A stretch of DNA of 64,000 nucleotides from an uncultured Candidatus Rokubacteria bacterium (GCA_963771355.1 CAVYTA010000005.1:832001-896000), one strand, 5' to 3'; numbered from the stretch's first letter, positions 43,196-54,075 are shown. Program-made: numbers and translations. Notes: generated by a model from the letters alone, not told the origin.

Positions 43196-44334
43196 TTCTC
43201 CTCTCGGGCACCCGTGCCCAGATTGCCATCAAGCTCTTCGGTGCCGATCTCGGCATCTTGAGAACGAAGGCGGGCGAGATCCGCGACGCGATGGCCAGGG
43301 TCGCCGGAATCGTGGACCTGCTCGTCGAGCCTCAGGTCGGAGTGCCCCAGGTCCAGATCAATCTGGACCGGCGCGCCGCGGCGGCGGTCGGGCTTCGCGC
43401 GGAAGATCTCACGGAGACGGTGGAGACCGCCTTCAGCGGCCACGTCGTCTCCCAGGTGCTGCAGGAACAGCGAAGCTACGACATCCTCGTGCGCCTGGAC
43501 GACACCGCCCGGGAATCGGTCGGACGATCCGCCGAACCCTCATCGACACCCCCAGCGGTGCTCGCGTCCCCATCGGCCAGCCCGCCGGAGGTCCGGGTCG
43601 ATGCGGGACCGAACACCATCAACCGGGATAACGTGCAGCGGCGCATCATCGTGCAGGCCAACGTCACGGGCCGGGACCTCGGCAGCGTGATCGCCGAGGT
43701 CCGGCAGGCGATCGCCGCGCGGGTCGCGCTGCCGCAGGGATACTTCGTCCAGTACGGCGGGCAGTTCGAGTCGCAGGAGCGGGCGGTTCGGCAGATCGCG
43801 CTGCTTTCTGCCGCGGCCATCGGAGGGATCTTCCTCCTCCTCTACCTGGCGCTCCGTTCCAGCCGTTTGGCCACGCTCGTGATGGCCAACTTGCCGCTCG
43901 CGCTGATCGGCGGGGTCGTCATGGTGTTCGTGGCGGGCGGCACGCTGTCGATCGCCTCCCTCATCGGATTCATCGCGCTCTTCGGCATCGCGACCCGGAA
44001 CGGCATCATGCTCATCACCCACTACCGCCACCTCATGGAGGAGGAGGGCGTGGGCTTTCGGGACGCCATCGTTCAGGGATCGATGGAGCGGCTGAGCCCC
44101 ATCCTCATGACGGCGCTCGTCACCGGTATCGGCCTCGTTCCGTTGGCGCTCGGCGCCGGTCAACCGGGGAAGAGATCCAGCAGCCCATGGCTATCGTGAT
44201 CCTGGGCGGGATTGCCACCTCGACGGCGCTCAACATGATCGTCATTCCTGCGCTCTACCGTGAAGTTCGGACGCGCGGAGGCGCGGCGGACGCGCGAGGA
44301 GCCGGCCGTAGGTACGGCCGCTCTCAGCGGCTAG
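43196..44334 (+). pseudogene. C-terminal fragment of a CzcA/CusA heavy-metal RND pump
   Basis: LSGTRAQIAIKLFG, GPNTINR, YGGQFE, GIATRNGI, ERLSPILMT; N-terminal ~two thirds absent; frameshifts. Confidence 0.8.
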
Positions 44335-44363
44335 CTGCCGGCTCATCCGGGCAGCACATCACC

Positions 44364-44555
44364 ATGCTGCTGCGGAGCATAGTCGCGCTTGGCGTCGTGG
44401 CTACCATCGCGGTGCTGATCGCGTGGGTGCTTGTTCGGCTGATGTGGTCGCCGCCCTCGTCTACCGCCGCTCGGGCAGCGCTGGTCTGCACTATTCTCAT
44501 CCTGACCGCTATTGGCCTGTGGGTCTTCTTCGTGCTGCCCGCATACTGGGACTGA
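44364..44555 (+). CDS. small 2-TM hypothetical protein
   Basis: Two hydrophobic segments; weak RBS. Confidence 0.45.
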   Translation: MLLRSIVALGVVATIAVLIAWVLVRLMWSPPSSTAARAALVCTILILTAIGLWVFFVLPAYWD

Positions 44556-44691
44556 TCTCGGAGGGCGGATTGAGCCGGTCACACGGAGCGACATATCCAC
44601 GCTGTGCGCCGCCGGGAGCGAGGAGCCCGCGCGCGGGGCGACCGCGGTCGCCGGCGATTGATCTGCTGGACCCTCCGCGAGGAGATTCCTG

Positions 44692-44860
44692 ATGGATAGC
44701 GTCTCCTTTGAGATGGTACTCATCGCGCTCGGCACCCTGGCCAATGGGTTCTTCTTCGAGTCCGAGTTCGCCCTGGTATCTCGCGCATCAGCCGGCTGGC
44801 CCAGCTGCGCGAGCAGGCCGTGCGGGGCGCGGCTGCCGCGATGCGCCTCAAGGAGAAGCC
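44692..44860 (+). pseudogene. 5' fragment of a hemolysin/CNNM (DUF21) protein
   Basis: GGAG RBS; LANGFFFESEFALVS motif, then disrupted. Confidence 0.6.
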
Positions 44861-44861
44861 C

Positions 44862-44973
44862 CTGCTCGTTCGTAGAGGCGAAGCGCCTTGCGGCTGGCGC
44901 CGTTCTTCGCCGCCATCTCACCGATCAGCAGCCCGTTTCTCGCCATGACTGGAGGTAAGTCCTGCCCCGCGGG
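44862..44973 (-). pseudogene. truncated duplicate of the merR at 32982 (first ~29 codons plus half promoter)
   Basis: MARNGLLIGEMAAKNGASRKALRLYERAG vs MARSGLLIGEVAAKSGVSRKALRLYERAG; upstream GGGGCAGG..TTACC remnant. Confidence 0.8.
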
Positions 44974-45069
44974 ACTCCGAGCGCTCCGTCTCGAAGCAGG
45001 AAGTAGCAGAAACACAGCACATGCTGCCCGGAGGCGGCAAACGACCTCTTGAAAGGAGCGCACTTCCTC

Positions 45070-45399
45070 ATGGCTTCGGTGATCAACTCGATCGTGCTCT
45101 TCCTGGTGGCGGGCCTCTGCGAGATTGGGGGCGGCTACCTCGTGTGGCAGTGGTGGCGTAACGGGAAGTCGGCGTTCATCGGTGCTCTAGGAGCCGCGGT
45201 GCTCGTCCTCTACGGCATCGTGCCGACATACCAGCCGCAGCACTTCGGGCGTGTCTACGCGGCCTACGGCGGCGTTTTCGTCGTCCTCTCGGTCATCTGG
45301 GGTTGGGGCGTGGATGGCATCGCGCCAGACCGCTTCGACATCCTCGGCGGGCTCATCTGCTTGATCGGCGTCGCGGTGATCATGTACTGGCCCCGGTAG
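45070..45399 (+). CDS. YnfA (UPF0060) family membrane protein
   Basis: [33 protein letters not shown]. Confidence 0.9.
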   Translation: MASVINSIVLFLVAGLCEIGGGYLVWQWWRNGKSAFIGALGAAVLVLYGIVPTYQPQHFGRVYAAYGGVFVVLSVIWGWGVDGIAPDRFDILGGLICLIGVAVIMYWPR

Positions 45400-45440
45400 G
45401 CCGCCCGGGAGGCTGCGATCAGCGCGGGCATGCCTACCTC

Positions 45441-45764
45441 CTAGCGCGTCGGCGGCGGCGCTCCCGAAGGCGGAGAACCCTTCGTCGACGCGCGGAACCC
45501 GAGGCGATCTATAGCCTCGATCATCTGCGGGACCGCCACCTGTGCGGGGTCGAAGGTCACGACCGCCTCCTTCGCCCTCAGGCTCACATCTGCCCGACTC
45601 AGACCCCTCAGCCCTTCCAGGGCCTTCTTCACTCCAACGGGGCAGGCGCCTCAGGTCATTCCGTCCACCGTGAGGACCACCGTGGACGTCGCGGCCTACA
45701 ACGCGGTGGATGCAACGACCAGCAGGCCCAGTAGCACGGCGACGACCGACACCCATCGATTCAC
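45441..45764 (-). CDS. merP: MerP-like periplasmic HMA protein with GMT-TGA-GAC (UxxC), candidate selenoprotein; also a TAG at codon 23
   Basis: AGGAGG RBS, GTG 45764; signal peptide ..TAL-TAG(45698)-AATSTVVLTVDGMT-TGA(45653-45651)-GACPVGVKKALEGL..AVVTFDP..GF. Confidence 0.75.
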
Positions 45765-46163
45765 TGCGTTCCTCCTATGGTGTGGCCGGTGTGAGACTGA
45801 TCAGCGGTCATCACGTACGCCAGCAGATCGGAGGTGAACTCGGGGAAATGATCGAGCACGATGGTCGTAGCGACGACCAGGCTCGCCAGGATCAGCAGCC
45901 CGAGCGTGATGCGACTGCCTGCCGTCCGGCAGGCTGGCCAGCGCGTCACAGCGCCGCCGCTCCCGCCGGTACAGGACGAAGCCGGCGACGATGCCGATGA
46001 TCCCGGCCGGGACCAGCAGCCAACGGTACTGCATCGTCGTCGCCATGAACGCGCCACTCCCAAGCCCAAGCACGATCACTGCGAGAGGGAGAAGACAGCA
46101 GAGCGAGGCGAGCGCCGCCCCCATCCACGCGACCAAGCCAGCAGCGAGCGCTGCACGTTTCAT
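45761..46163 (-). CDS. merT: MerT-family mercury transporter (frameshift ~45930)
   Basis: AALASLCCLLPL..LGLGSGA, YRWLL, YRRERRRC; GTGA overlap with merP. Confidence 0.75.
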
Positions 46164-46172
46164 AGTGTCCGC

Positions 46173-46325
46173 CTACCCTTCTGCTGGGGCGTACGCCCCA
46201 TACTCGAACGTCAGACGGTACGTGCGACCGCAGCATCGAACCGTATCTCCCGGCTTCACGTCGTCGGGGAGGGTCAGTACGTCATCGCACTCGGGGCAAC
46301 TCACCCGACAAGCGAGCGTCGCTCT
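46173..46325 (-). pseudogene. 3' half of Cys-rich zinc-ribbon-like protein
   Basis: RVSCPECDD..DTVRCCGRTYRLTFEYGAY; begins directly at the promoter without its 5' half. Confidence 0.6.
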
Positions 46326-46336
46326 CACCTGAGCTG

Positions 46337-46367
46337 AGGGTAGAGTCTGTAGTAACTCCAGACTCAA
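46337..46367 (-). promoter_or_regulatory. second MerR-type promoter/operator (19-bp spacer) driving merT-merP
   Basis: TTGAGT-19 nt-TACCCT with GAGTCTG...CAGACTC dyad. Confidence 0.8.
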
Positions 46368-46392
46368 GGACTATTCGGGGGGGGGCAAGGGC

Positions 46393-46798
46393 ATGGCGGA
46401 CACGGGGCGGATCGCCATCGGCGCGCTGTCGAAGCACACGGGGACGAACATCGAGACCATCCGCTACTACGAGCGCGTCGGGTTGCTGCCCGCTCCGGCT
46501 CGGAGCTCGGGAGGCTACCGCCTGTATGGGACGGGGCACCTGAAGCGGCTGAGCTTCATCCGCCGGGCCCGCGCTCGGGTTCTCGCTCGCCGAGGTGCGA
46601 ACGCTGCTGACTCTGGCAGATCGAGCGACGGCGCCCGTGCGCCGAGGTGCGGGTGGTGGTGGCGGCGCACCTTGATGACGTGAAAGGGAAGATCGCCGAC
46701 TTGAAGGCGATGGGGCATGCGCTGGCAGAGACCATCGCGCGCTGCGAGGCGGGGAGCGGCTCCCGCACTGTCCGGTGATCGACGCGCTCGATGCTTAG
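46393..46798 (+). CDS. MerR family regulator, near-identical paralogue of 42447..42879 (several frameshifts)
   Basis: MADTGRIAIGALSK.TGTNIETIRYYER...CPVIDALDA. Confidence 0.8.
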
Positions 46799-46813
46799 GG
46801 GCCAGCTCGTCAC

Positions 46814-47444
46814 CTAGGGGATCGTTAGCGGACGCAGGGCGCGCCTCGCTTCGCCGATAATCCTGATGGCCGAGGTAGCGAACATTGCGGCGGATCAGGA
46901 GACCCACCGCGATGTCCGGCCACGCGGAGCCCGTGAGGGCGACCCCGCCCGCCGCCATCAGCACTCCGGCATTGGCCATCACATCATTCCGGGAGCAGAG
47001 CCACGCGGAGCGCATGTTGATGTCGTCACCCCGACGCCGCCAGAGCAGGAACAGACAGATCACGTTGGCGGCCAACGCGAGGAGGCCGATGCCCCCCATG
47101 AGCCCGGCGGCCGGGACGATACCTCGGGCGATTTTCAGGATTGCTTCCAGGAGGACGCCGAGGCCGAAGATTGCCATCACGGTCCCTTTGAGCAGCGCCG
47201 CGCGCGCCTGCCAGACGCTACCCCGGCTCACGACATAGAGGCTGAAGCCGTACACGAGCGCGTCCCCGAGCATGTCCACCGAGTCCGCCAGGAGGGCCGT
47301 CGAGCCGGCGAGAAGCCCCGCACCAAACTCCACCAGGAACATAGCGGCATTGATACACAGGACGATCTGGAGCACCCGGCGCTGCCGGGCGGGAACATCA
47401 ACCATCACCTCACAGCAGTCTTTCACGGCACATTCATTATGCAT
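46814..47444 (-). CDS. cation diffusion facilitator (short Co/Zn/Cd/Pb type), frameshift ~46893
   Basis: KDCCE, STALLADSVDMLGD, NMRSAWLCSRND, WPD. Confidence 0.85.
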
Positions 47445-47550
47445 GAGGGGCCCGGCTCGGAGCCACGCTTGCGGCGATGCGACCCGACGGCGGGACCGTC
47501 CCGCCTTCGATCGGAGAGCATGGAGTGCTGTGCGGGCACGTCTTCGTGTT

Positions 47551-48749
47551 TCAACTGGATGGCGTGTTTCCTAGTGCTCTCCGCCCGGAGGAGGAAGCTG
47601 CCCTCGGTGACCACCCTCTCCCCGGGGTGCAGCCCGGACACGACCGCATAGAACTCGCCCACCGGGACCCAGGCGTACCGTGCGCTGGATGAACTCCCCT
47701 CCTCGTCCTGGCGGCCACGAAGACCACCTGGCGCCCGCCGAGCGTCTGGACGGCCGCCTTCGGCACCAGCCGCCGTCGCCCGCCGCGGTCCGAAGACCAC
47801 GGTCACGAACATCCCCAGCCGAAGCCGCCCTCCGGGTTCGGCACCTCGACCCGGACCTTGGCCGTCCGCGCCTGGGGGTCGACCCGCGGGTCGATATAGG
47901 TCACGCGGCCCCGGAGCGCGTGCCGGGGTAGGCCGGCGTCTGATGGCGGCCTCGGAGCCGACGCCGACGCCGCGAAGTCCTGCTCGTAGAGATCGCCGAC
48001 CACCCAGACCTCGAGAGGTCGGTCACGACGAAGAGCTCCTGCCCATGCCGACCACCTGGCCGGGATTCGCGGACCGGCCGGTAATGACGCCGCCGATCGG
48101 CGCCGGTACCGTCACTTGGAGATGACCTGAGTGGACCTCGGAGGCCTCGACCTGTTCTGCCGTAGCCCGAGCAGCAGCAGCCGCTGGCGCGCGGCCGCGA
48201 CCTCGGTCGCGTGGCTGGCATGGACCGCCGTCACCTCCTCGAGCTCCTGACGGCTCGCCGCGCCGATCGCCGCGAGCGCCTGCGTGCGTTCGCGCTTCTG
48301 GTGGTCGGCCTCCAGCATGGCCCCCATGGAGAGATACTTCGTCTGGGCGTCGGCGAGCTCCGTGCTGAAGACGTGGCGAGCGGCTGCCGCGCCCCACCGC
48401 CGCGCCCAGCTCGACATGCACCTTGCGGACGATGCCGGCCGCGACGGGCGTGACTTTGGTCTCCCGGTAGGCGTTCGCCACCACACTGCCGGGCACGATG
48501 ACCTCCATTACGTGGAGCCGGCCGTCACCGGCGCGGTCTTGATCCCGGCTCGCGTTACCGCCTCGGGGTTCAGCACGACTCGACGTCCGCGGCGGCCGCC
48601 GGCGATGGCCGGCCGTCACGGGAGCCGCCGCCGGGGGGCGGCGGCCGATCGACACCCGAGCGGCGCGCCACCACAGTGCCGGCAGCCCCGAGCGCCGTGA
48701 AGCCGAGCGCGCCGCCAACCCAGAGAAGCGCGGCGACCGATCGGCTCAC
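47551..48749 (-). CDS. RND efflux periplasmic adaptor (CusB/CzcB-like), heavily frameshifted
   Basis: N-terminal TM; VPAPIGG, GRVTYIDPRVDPQARTAKVRVEVPN, GLHPGERVVTEGSFLL in shifting frames. Confidence 0.75.
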
Positions 48750-50039
48750 GATGCTTCTCCGATGGCTCGCTCGATCTCCACCGCGGCGTCATAGACCTGC
48801 TTGAGCACCTCCGTATACCCGTCTCGACCTCGATGAGCGGCGCTGCTCGGCGATGACGTCGAGCAGCGGACCGCGGCCGAGCCGTAGGCTCTGGCGGACG
48901 ACGTCGAGATTCTGCCGCGCCACGTCCCGCACGCCGCGCTCGTAGAGTCTCGAGCGAGCGCCGGGCCGCCTCGTACTGGGTGAAGGCCGCGGCGACCTCC
49001 TGGCGCACCATGAGCTCGAGCGAATTCCCGCCGCCGCTCCGGCCGCTCGCGCCTCGGCCTGCGCCGCCGCGATGTTGCCCTCGTTGCGGTTGCGCACGGG
49101 CAGGGTGATCGTGACCCCGCCGCCGACAATAATGGAAAGACGTCCTGGATCGGGCGCGTCGCCCCGCGGTCGTCAGGCCGCTCAGGTCGAAGCCGAAGTC
49201 CTGGCGCTGGTAGCCGACGTTGACGCTGGCGTCCCAGCGCCCCTCGGCCTCTTCCTTCCGGATCCGCGCCCGCGCCATCGCCGACCTCGGCCCGGGCCGC
49301 GCGGAGGTCGGGCCGGTCGGCGAGCGCCTGCGCTCGAGGCCCTCGTCGCGGTCGATCCGCACCGCCGGCGGCGTCCAGCTCGCCCCGCCGACTCGAGCGG
49401 CTCTCCGGCGGCAAGCCCGGCGAGCGCCTGAGCTGGAGCGTGCAGCACCTCGACCCGGCTCCAGGACTGCTGGGCTGGCCTCCAGGCGATTGACCTCGAC
49501 GAGCAGCAGGTTCTCGTCGAGCGGGGGCGCCGCCCCGCGGCGCACGCGCTCCCCGACGAGGCCGAGCGCCTGCCGGTTCGCCTGCGAGCAGCTCTCGCGT
49601 GACGGCAGGTTGCGCCGCGCGGCCAGCAGCTCCCCGGCCTTGAGCCGGATCTCGGCCCGCAGCCGCCGCTCCCGCTCGGCGAGCTGCGCCTGCTTGACCC
49701 CAGCTCGCGCTCGGCCACCCGACGCGGCCCTCCTTCCGGCCGTTCAGGTCGAGCGGCAGCGTCACGCCCACCGATGAGGTTGTTGTCCGGGCCCGGTGAC
49801 GCTTTCTGGCCCGCGAGGTCGAGCATCGGGTTCGGGCGAAGCCCCGCCTGCTGGACGCGCGCCGCGCGCCGCCTCCACCTCGGCGCGCGCCGCCTGCAGC
49901 TCGGGGTGTTCCGCGAGCGCCCGCGCGACGAGCTCGTCGACCGTGACTCGCGCCGCGGTCGGCGGCGCTCTGGGCCGACGCCACGACGGCGATCGCCACC
50001 AGGAGCAGCAGGACGGGCTCCCGCCGAGCGTCGCATCAC
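48746..50039 (-). CDS. TolC/CzcC-type outer-membrane factor, heavily frameshifted
   Basis: QAGLRPNP, VTLPLD..GRKEGR, RPDLRAA, RNRNEGNI, LLDVIAEQR. Confidence 0.75.
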
Positions 50040-50047
50040 GGCACCTC

Positions 50048-50455
50048 CTAGCGCACCGGCACGGAGAACCGCGTCGAGCCCTTCCCCGCCGGCCCGTCCC
50101 AGGTCACCGTCACCTGCCGCGCGCCGCTGTCGGGGAAGCTGATCGTCCCCTGGTAGCGGCCCGGGCGCTTGTCCGGCGCAGCGTGGCCCCGGCGATCATC
50201 GGCGCCATGCCCGGCATCGCCATGCTGGTGCTGAGGCACCTTGCCGGCATCGACCGGCTTCCCGTCTTGGCCGAGGTGAACTCCAGCGACGAAGTGTTCT
50301 TCCCTGCGTCCACTGCCCGGACTCGCTCGCAGCGTCACGCACGTCCTTGGTCTTCTGCGTCTGGATGGCCTTGAGCTCGGCCCCCGGCCGGGCCGAGCGA
50401 GCCCGCCAGCGATCAGCAGACCGATCACGACACTCAGCACGATTGCACGTGTCAT
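50048..50455 (-). CDS. exported FixH/YtkA-like Met-rich accessory protein, frameshifted
   Basis: Signal peptide; SMAMPGMAPM, PGRYQGTISFPDSG. Confidence 0.6.
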   Translation of the reverse strand: MTRAIVLSVVIGLLIAGGLARPGRGPSSRPSRRRRPRTCVTLRASPGSGRREEHFVAGVHLGQDGKPVDAGKVPQHQHGDAGHGADDRRGHAAPDKRPGRYQGTISFPDSGARQVTVTWDGPAGKGSTRFSVPVR

Positions 50456-50467
50456 TCGTCCTCCTTG

Positions 50468-53400
50468 TCATGGATGATCCTTCCTGTTCGATGCCGGCTG
50501 CTCGGGGCTCGGCTCCGTCCTGCGCCTCGCCTCGTCCCGCCGGAGCTCCCGCTCCCGAAGCCAGTAGAAGATCACCGGCGTCACGAGCAGCACGTGGCCA
50601 GCGAGCTGACCATGCCGCCCAGCACCGGCGTGGCCAGCGGCTTCATGACTTCGGCGCCCGTCGAGTGGCTCCACATGATCGGCAGCAGGCTCGCGACGAC
50701 GGTGGAGACCGTCATCACCTTGGGCCGCAGCCGCAGCAGCGCGCCCTCGGTCACCGCCTCCAGGAGCGCCGCCCGCGTCAGCCGCCCGCCCAGCGCCTCG
50801 CGCTTTGCGCGCCACGGCCTCTTCGAGATAGATCACCATCACCACCGCGGTCTGCACGGCGGTGCCGAAGAGCGCGATGAAGCCCACCCAGACGGCGACC
50901 GAGAAGTTGTAGCCCAGCGCATACAGCAGATAGATCCCGCCGGAGAGCGCAAAGGGCACCGCCAGGAGCACATGGGCGGCCTCGAGGAGCGAGTGGTAGG
51001 TGAGGTAGAGCAGGAGTAGATGACGCGAGCACCACCGGGATGACGATCTGGAGCCGCTGCGCGGGCGCGCACCTCGTTCTCGTACTGGCCGCTCCACTCG
51101 ATGTAGGAGCCCTGGCGGCAGCGTGACCGTCTCGGCGACGACCTGCCGGGCCTCCTCGACGAAGCTGCCGACGTCGCGCCCGCGGACGTTCAGGAGCACG
51201 GTGACGACGAGCAGCCCGTTCTCGCTGGCGATCATGGCCGGGCCGCGCGACCGGCCGGATGTCCGCCAGCTGCGCCAGCGGCACCTGCGTGCCGTTCGGC
51301 GCGGCGACGAGCACGCTCGCCAGCGCCTCGGGATGGCGCGGTACTGCGGCGCATAGCGCACGCGCACGGGGAAGCGCTGGCGCCCTTCGATGGTCAGGGT
51401 GAGGTTCGTCTCGCCGACGGCCGTCTCGATCACGTCCTGGATGGCGCCGACCGTGATGCCATAGCGCGCCGCCGCCTCGCGGTTCACGCGGATGTCGAGG
51501 TAGGGCGCGCCGGTCACCTGCTCCGGGTAGACATCCGCGGCGCCCGGGATGCTCCGCAGCACCTCGGCGACCGCCCGCGCCCGCTCCTCGAGGACCTTCA
51601 GATCGCTGCCAAAGATCTTCACGCCGACCTCGGAGCGGATGCCGGTGGTCAGCATGTTGATGCGGTTGATGATCGGCTGGGTCCAGATGTTCGCCACGCC
51701 GGGCAGGGTCGCGGCCGCATCCAGCTCGGCGATGAGCTTTTCGCGCGTCATCCCGGGCCGCCACTGCGGACTCGGGCTTGAGGTGCACGATCCGTCTCGG
51801 TCATGTTCACGGGCGCGGGGTCGGTCGAGGTCTCGGCGCGGCGCGATCTTGGCCACGACCACGGCGACTTCGGGAACCGCTGCGATGGCGGCGTTCTGCT
51901 TCTTCGTGATCTCGATGGCCTGCGGCAGCGAGATCGCCGGGTCGGTGACCGGCATGAACATCAGGTCGCCCTCGTTCAGCGGCGGCATGAACTCCCGGCC
52001 GATGCGCGGGCACGAGCGAGACGCGCGCCCGCGAAGACCAGGACGCGCCGCGCCGAGGGTCAGCGACGCGGTGCCGCAGCGCCCAGCCGAGCAGCGGGCC
52101 GATAGAGCCAGACGAGCGGCCGCATCACGGGATTGTCGTCCTCCCGCGGATCCGCCCGCCGAGGAGGAGCGTGCAGAGCACCGGCACCAGCGTCACGGCG
52201 AGCAGCGTCGCCCCATCATCGCGAAGGTCTTGGTGAAGGCGAGCGGATGGAAGAGCTTGCCCTCCTGGCCGGTGAGCGCAAAGACCGGGACGAAGGCGAG
52301 AATGATGATCGCCATCGAGAAGAAGATCGGCCGGCCGACCAGGCGCGTCGCGTCGAGCACGGTCGCGGCCAGACGCGCCGGCGGTCGCGGGGGTCGACCC
52401 CGCGCTGCTCGATGAAGCGGAAGGCGTTCTCGGTCACCACGATGGCCGCATCGACCAGGACGCCAATGGCGATGGCGATCCCGGCCAGCGACATGATGTT
52501 CGAGCTGATCCCGAGATAGCGCATGAAGAGAAACGCCGCCAGGACGGCCAGGGGCAGCGGGAGCGTGACGATCAGGACCGAGCGCAGATGCAGCAGAAAG
52601 ACGATGTGCACCAGCGTGACGATGAGGATCTCCTCGATGAGCGCGCGCTTGAGGGTGTCGACCGCCCGCTCGATGAGCGTCCGAGCGGTCATAGAAGGGC
52701 ACGATCCTCACGCCCGGCGGCAGCCCGGCCTGCGAGCGGCCTCGATCTTCTCCTTGACGCGCGTCGATGACGTCGACCGTGCTCACCCCGTAGCGCGCGA
52801 CCACGACGCCGCCCACCGCTTCTTCCGTGCCCTTCGACGAGCGCAGCCGCCCGGAAGGCGTCGCCGATCTTCACCGTCGGCGACCTGGCGGAGGAAGATC
52901 GGCGCGCCGTTCTCGGCGCCGATCACGATCTGCTCGATGTCGCTGACGCGCTCGATGAGCCCCAGGCCGCGCACGACGGACCAGGTGCCGCTGGCCTCGA
53001 CGACGTTGCCGCCGACGTTGCGGTTGCTCCGCATCACCGCCTCGACGACCGCGGAGAGCGGGATGCGGAAGGCGCGCAGCCGGTTGGGGTCGACATCGAT
53101 CTGGTACTGCCGGACCGCGCCCCCGACGCTGGCCACCTCGGCCACGCCCGGCACGGCGTTGAGCTGATAGCGGATAAACCAGTCCTGGAGCGACGCGCAG
53201 ATCGCGCAGGGCGTAGCCCTGGCCCCTCCACCGTGTACCAGAAGACCTGCCCGACCCCCGTGGCGTCCGGGCCCGAGGGTCGGCACGACGCCCGGCGGCA
53301 GCGACTTGCGAGCAGGTTCAGCCGCTCCAGGACGCGCGTGCGCGCGAAGTAGAGGTCGACGGCGTCCTCGAAGATGACGTTAATCATCGAGAAGCCAAAG

Positions 53401-53661
53401 GCCGAGGACGAGCGCACCACCCGCACGCCCGGCAGTCCCTGCAGGCTGACCGTGAGCGGATAGGTGATCTGGTCCTCGACTTCCTGCGGCGAGCGGCCCG
53501 GCCAGTCGGTGAAGACGATGACCTGGTTGTCGGAGAGGTCCGGGATGGCGTCGATCGGCGTGGTGAGCAAGCGCCCAGTAGCCCCAGCCCCCAAGCAGCA
53601 GGAAGACGACGATCACCAGGAAGCGGTTGCGCAGCGAGACCTCGATCAGCCAGTTGATCAT
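50468..53661 (-). CDS. CusA/SilA-type heavy-metal RND efflux pump, multiply frameshifted
   Basis: [89 protein letters not shown]. Confidence 0.9.
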
Positions 53662-53775
53662 TGGCTCCCCTGGGGGCTCCCCTCGCCCGCGCCATGGATC
53701 GCTGTCCGCCTAGAAGTGGGCGGACGAGGACCGGCGCAGGCGACTCCGACAGCTAGGACGTGGAGCTAGAGCGCG

Positions 53776-54036
53776 CTACAGCGAGGAGGGAGCGAGTTTC
53801 GGGGGAGCGTCGAGAACGTGACCGCTATTCAGAGGTAGATGCCCATCGAGGCTGGATCCGACCCAGCGCACGGGCGCTTCGGACGCGACGGCAGCGGGTA
53901 TTTGCATGGCCGCGCTCGTGGTCCCGCAAAGCGCGTCGCAGCCGTCCATCCCGGCGCACGAAAAAGCCATGCCCACGGGTCCGAGAAGGACCCAGAGAAC
54001 CATGACCATCACGGTGACGAGCCGTCGCCGACTCAT
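53776..54036 (-). CDS. small Cys/Met-containing ORF preceding the RND operon
   Basis: Signal-like N-terminus, CAGMDGCDALC, C-terminal DAPPK. Confidence 0.6.
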   Translation of the reverse strand: MSRRRLVTVMVMVLWVLLGPVGMAFSCAGMDGCDALCGTTSAAMQIPAAVASEAPVRWVGSSLDGHLPLNSGHVLDAPPKLAPSSL

Positions 54037-54046
54037 GAGTGTTCCG

Positions 54047-54075
54047 AGTATCACAGGCGAAACGGACACCGTCAA
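54047..54075 (-). promoter_or_regulatory. putative sigma70 promoter of the RND operon
   Basis: TTGACG-17 nt-GATACT. Confidence 0.5.

Noticed and set aside
42838..43443. Full 201-aa metalloprotease ORF
   Set aside because: Its first ~80 codons are the antisense of the czcA fragment. Only the part below ~43195 is protease-like.
45696..45698. TAG in merP read as pyrrolysine
   Set aside because: It lies in a signal peptide at a position where Trp is expected. A single-base change or sequencing error is simpler, and no pyl genes were seen.
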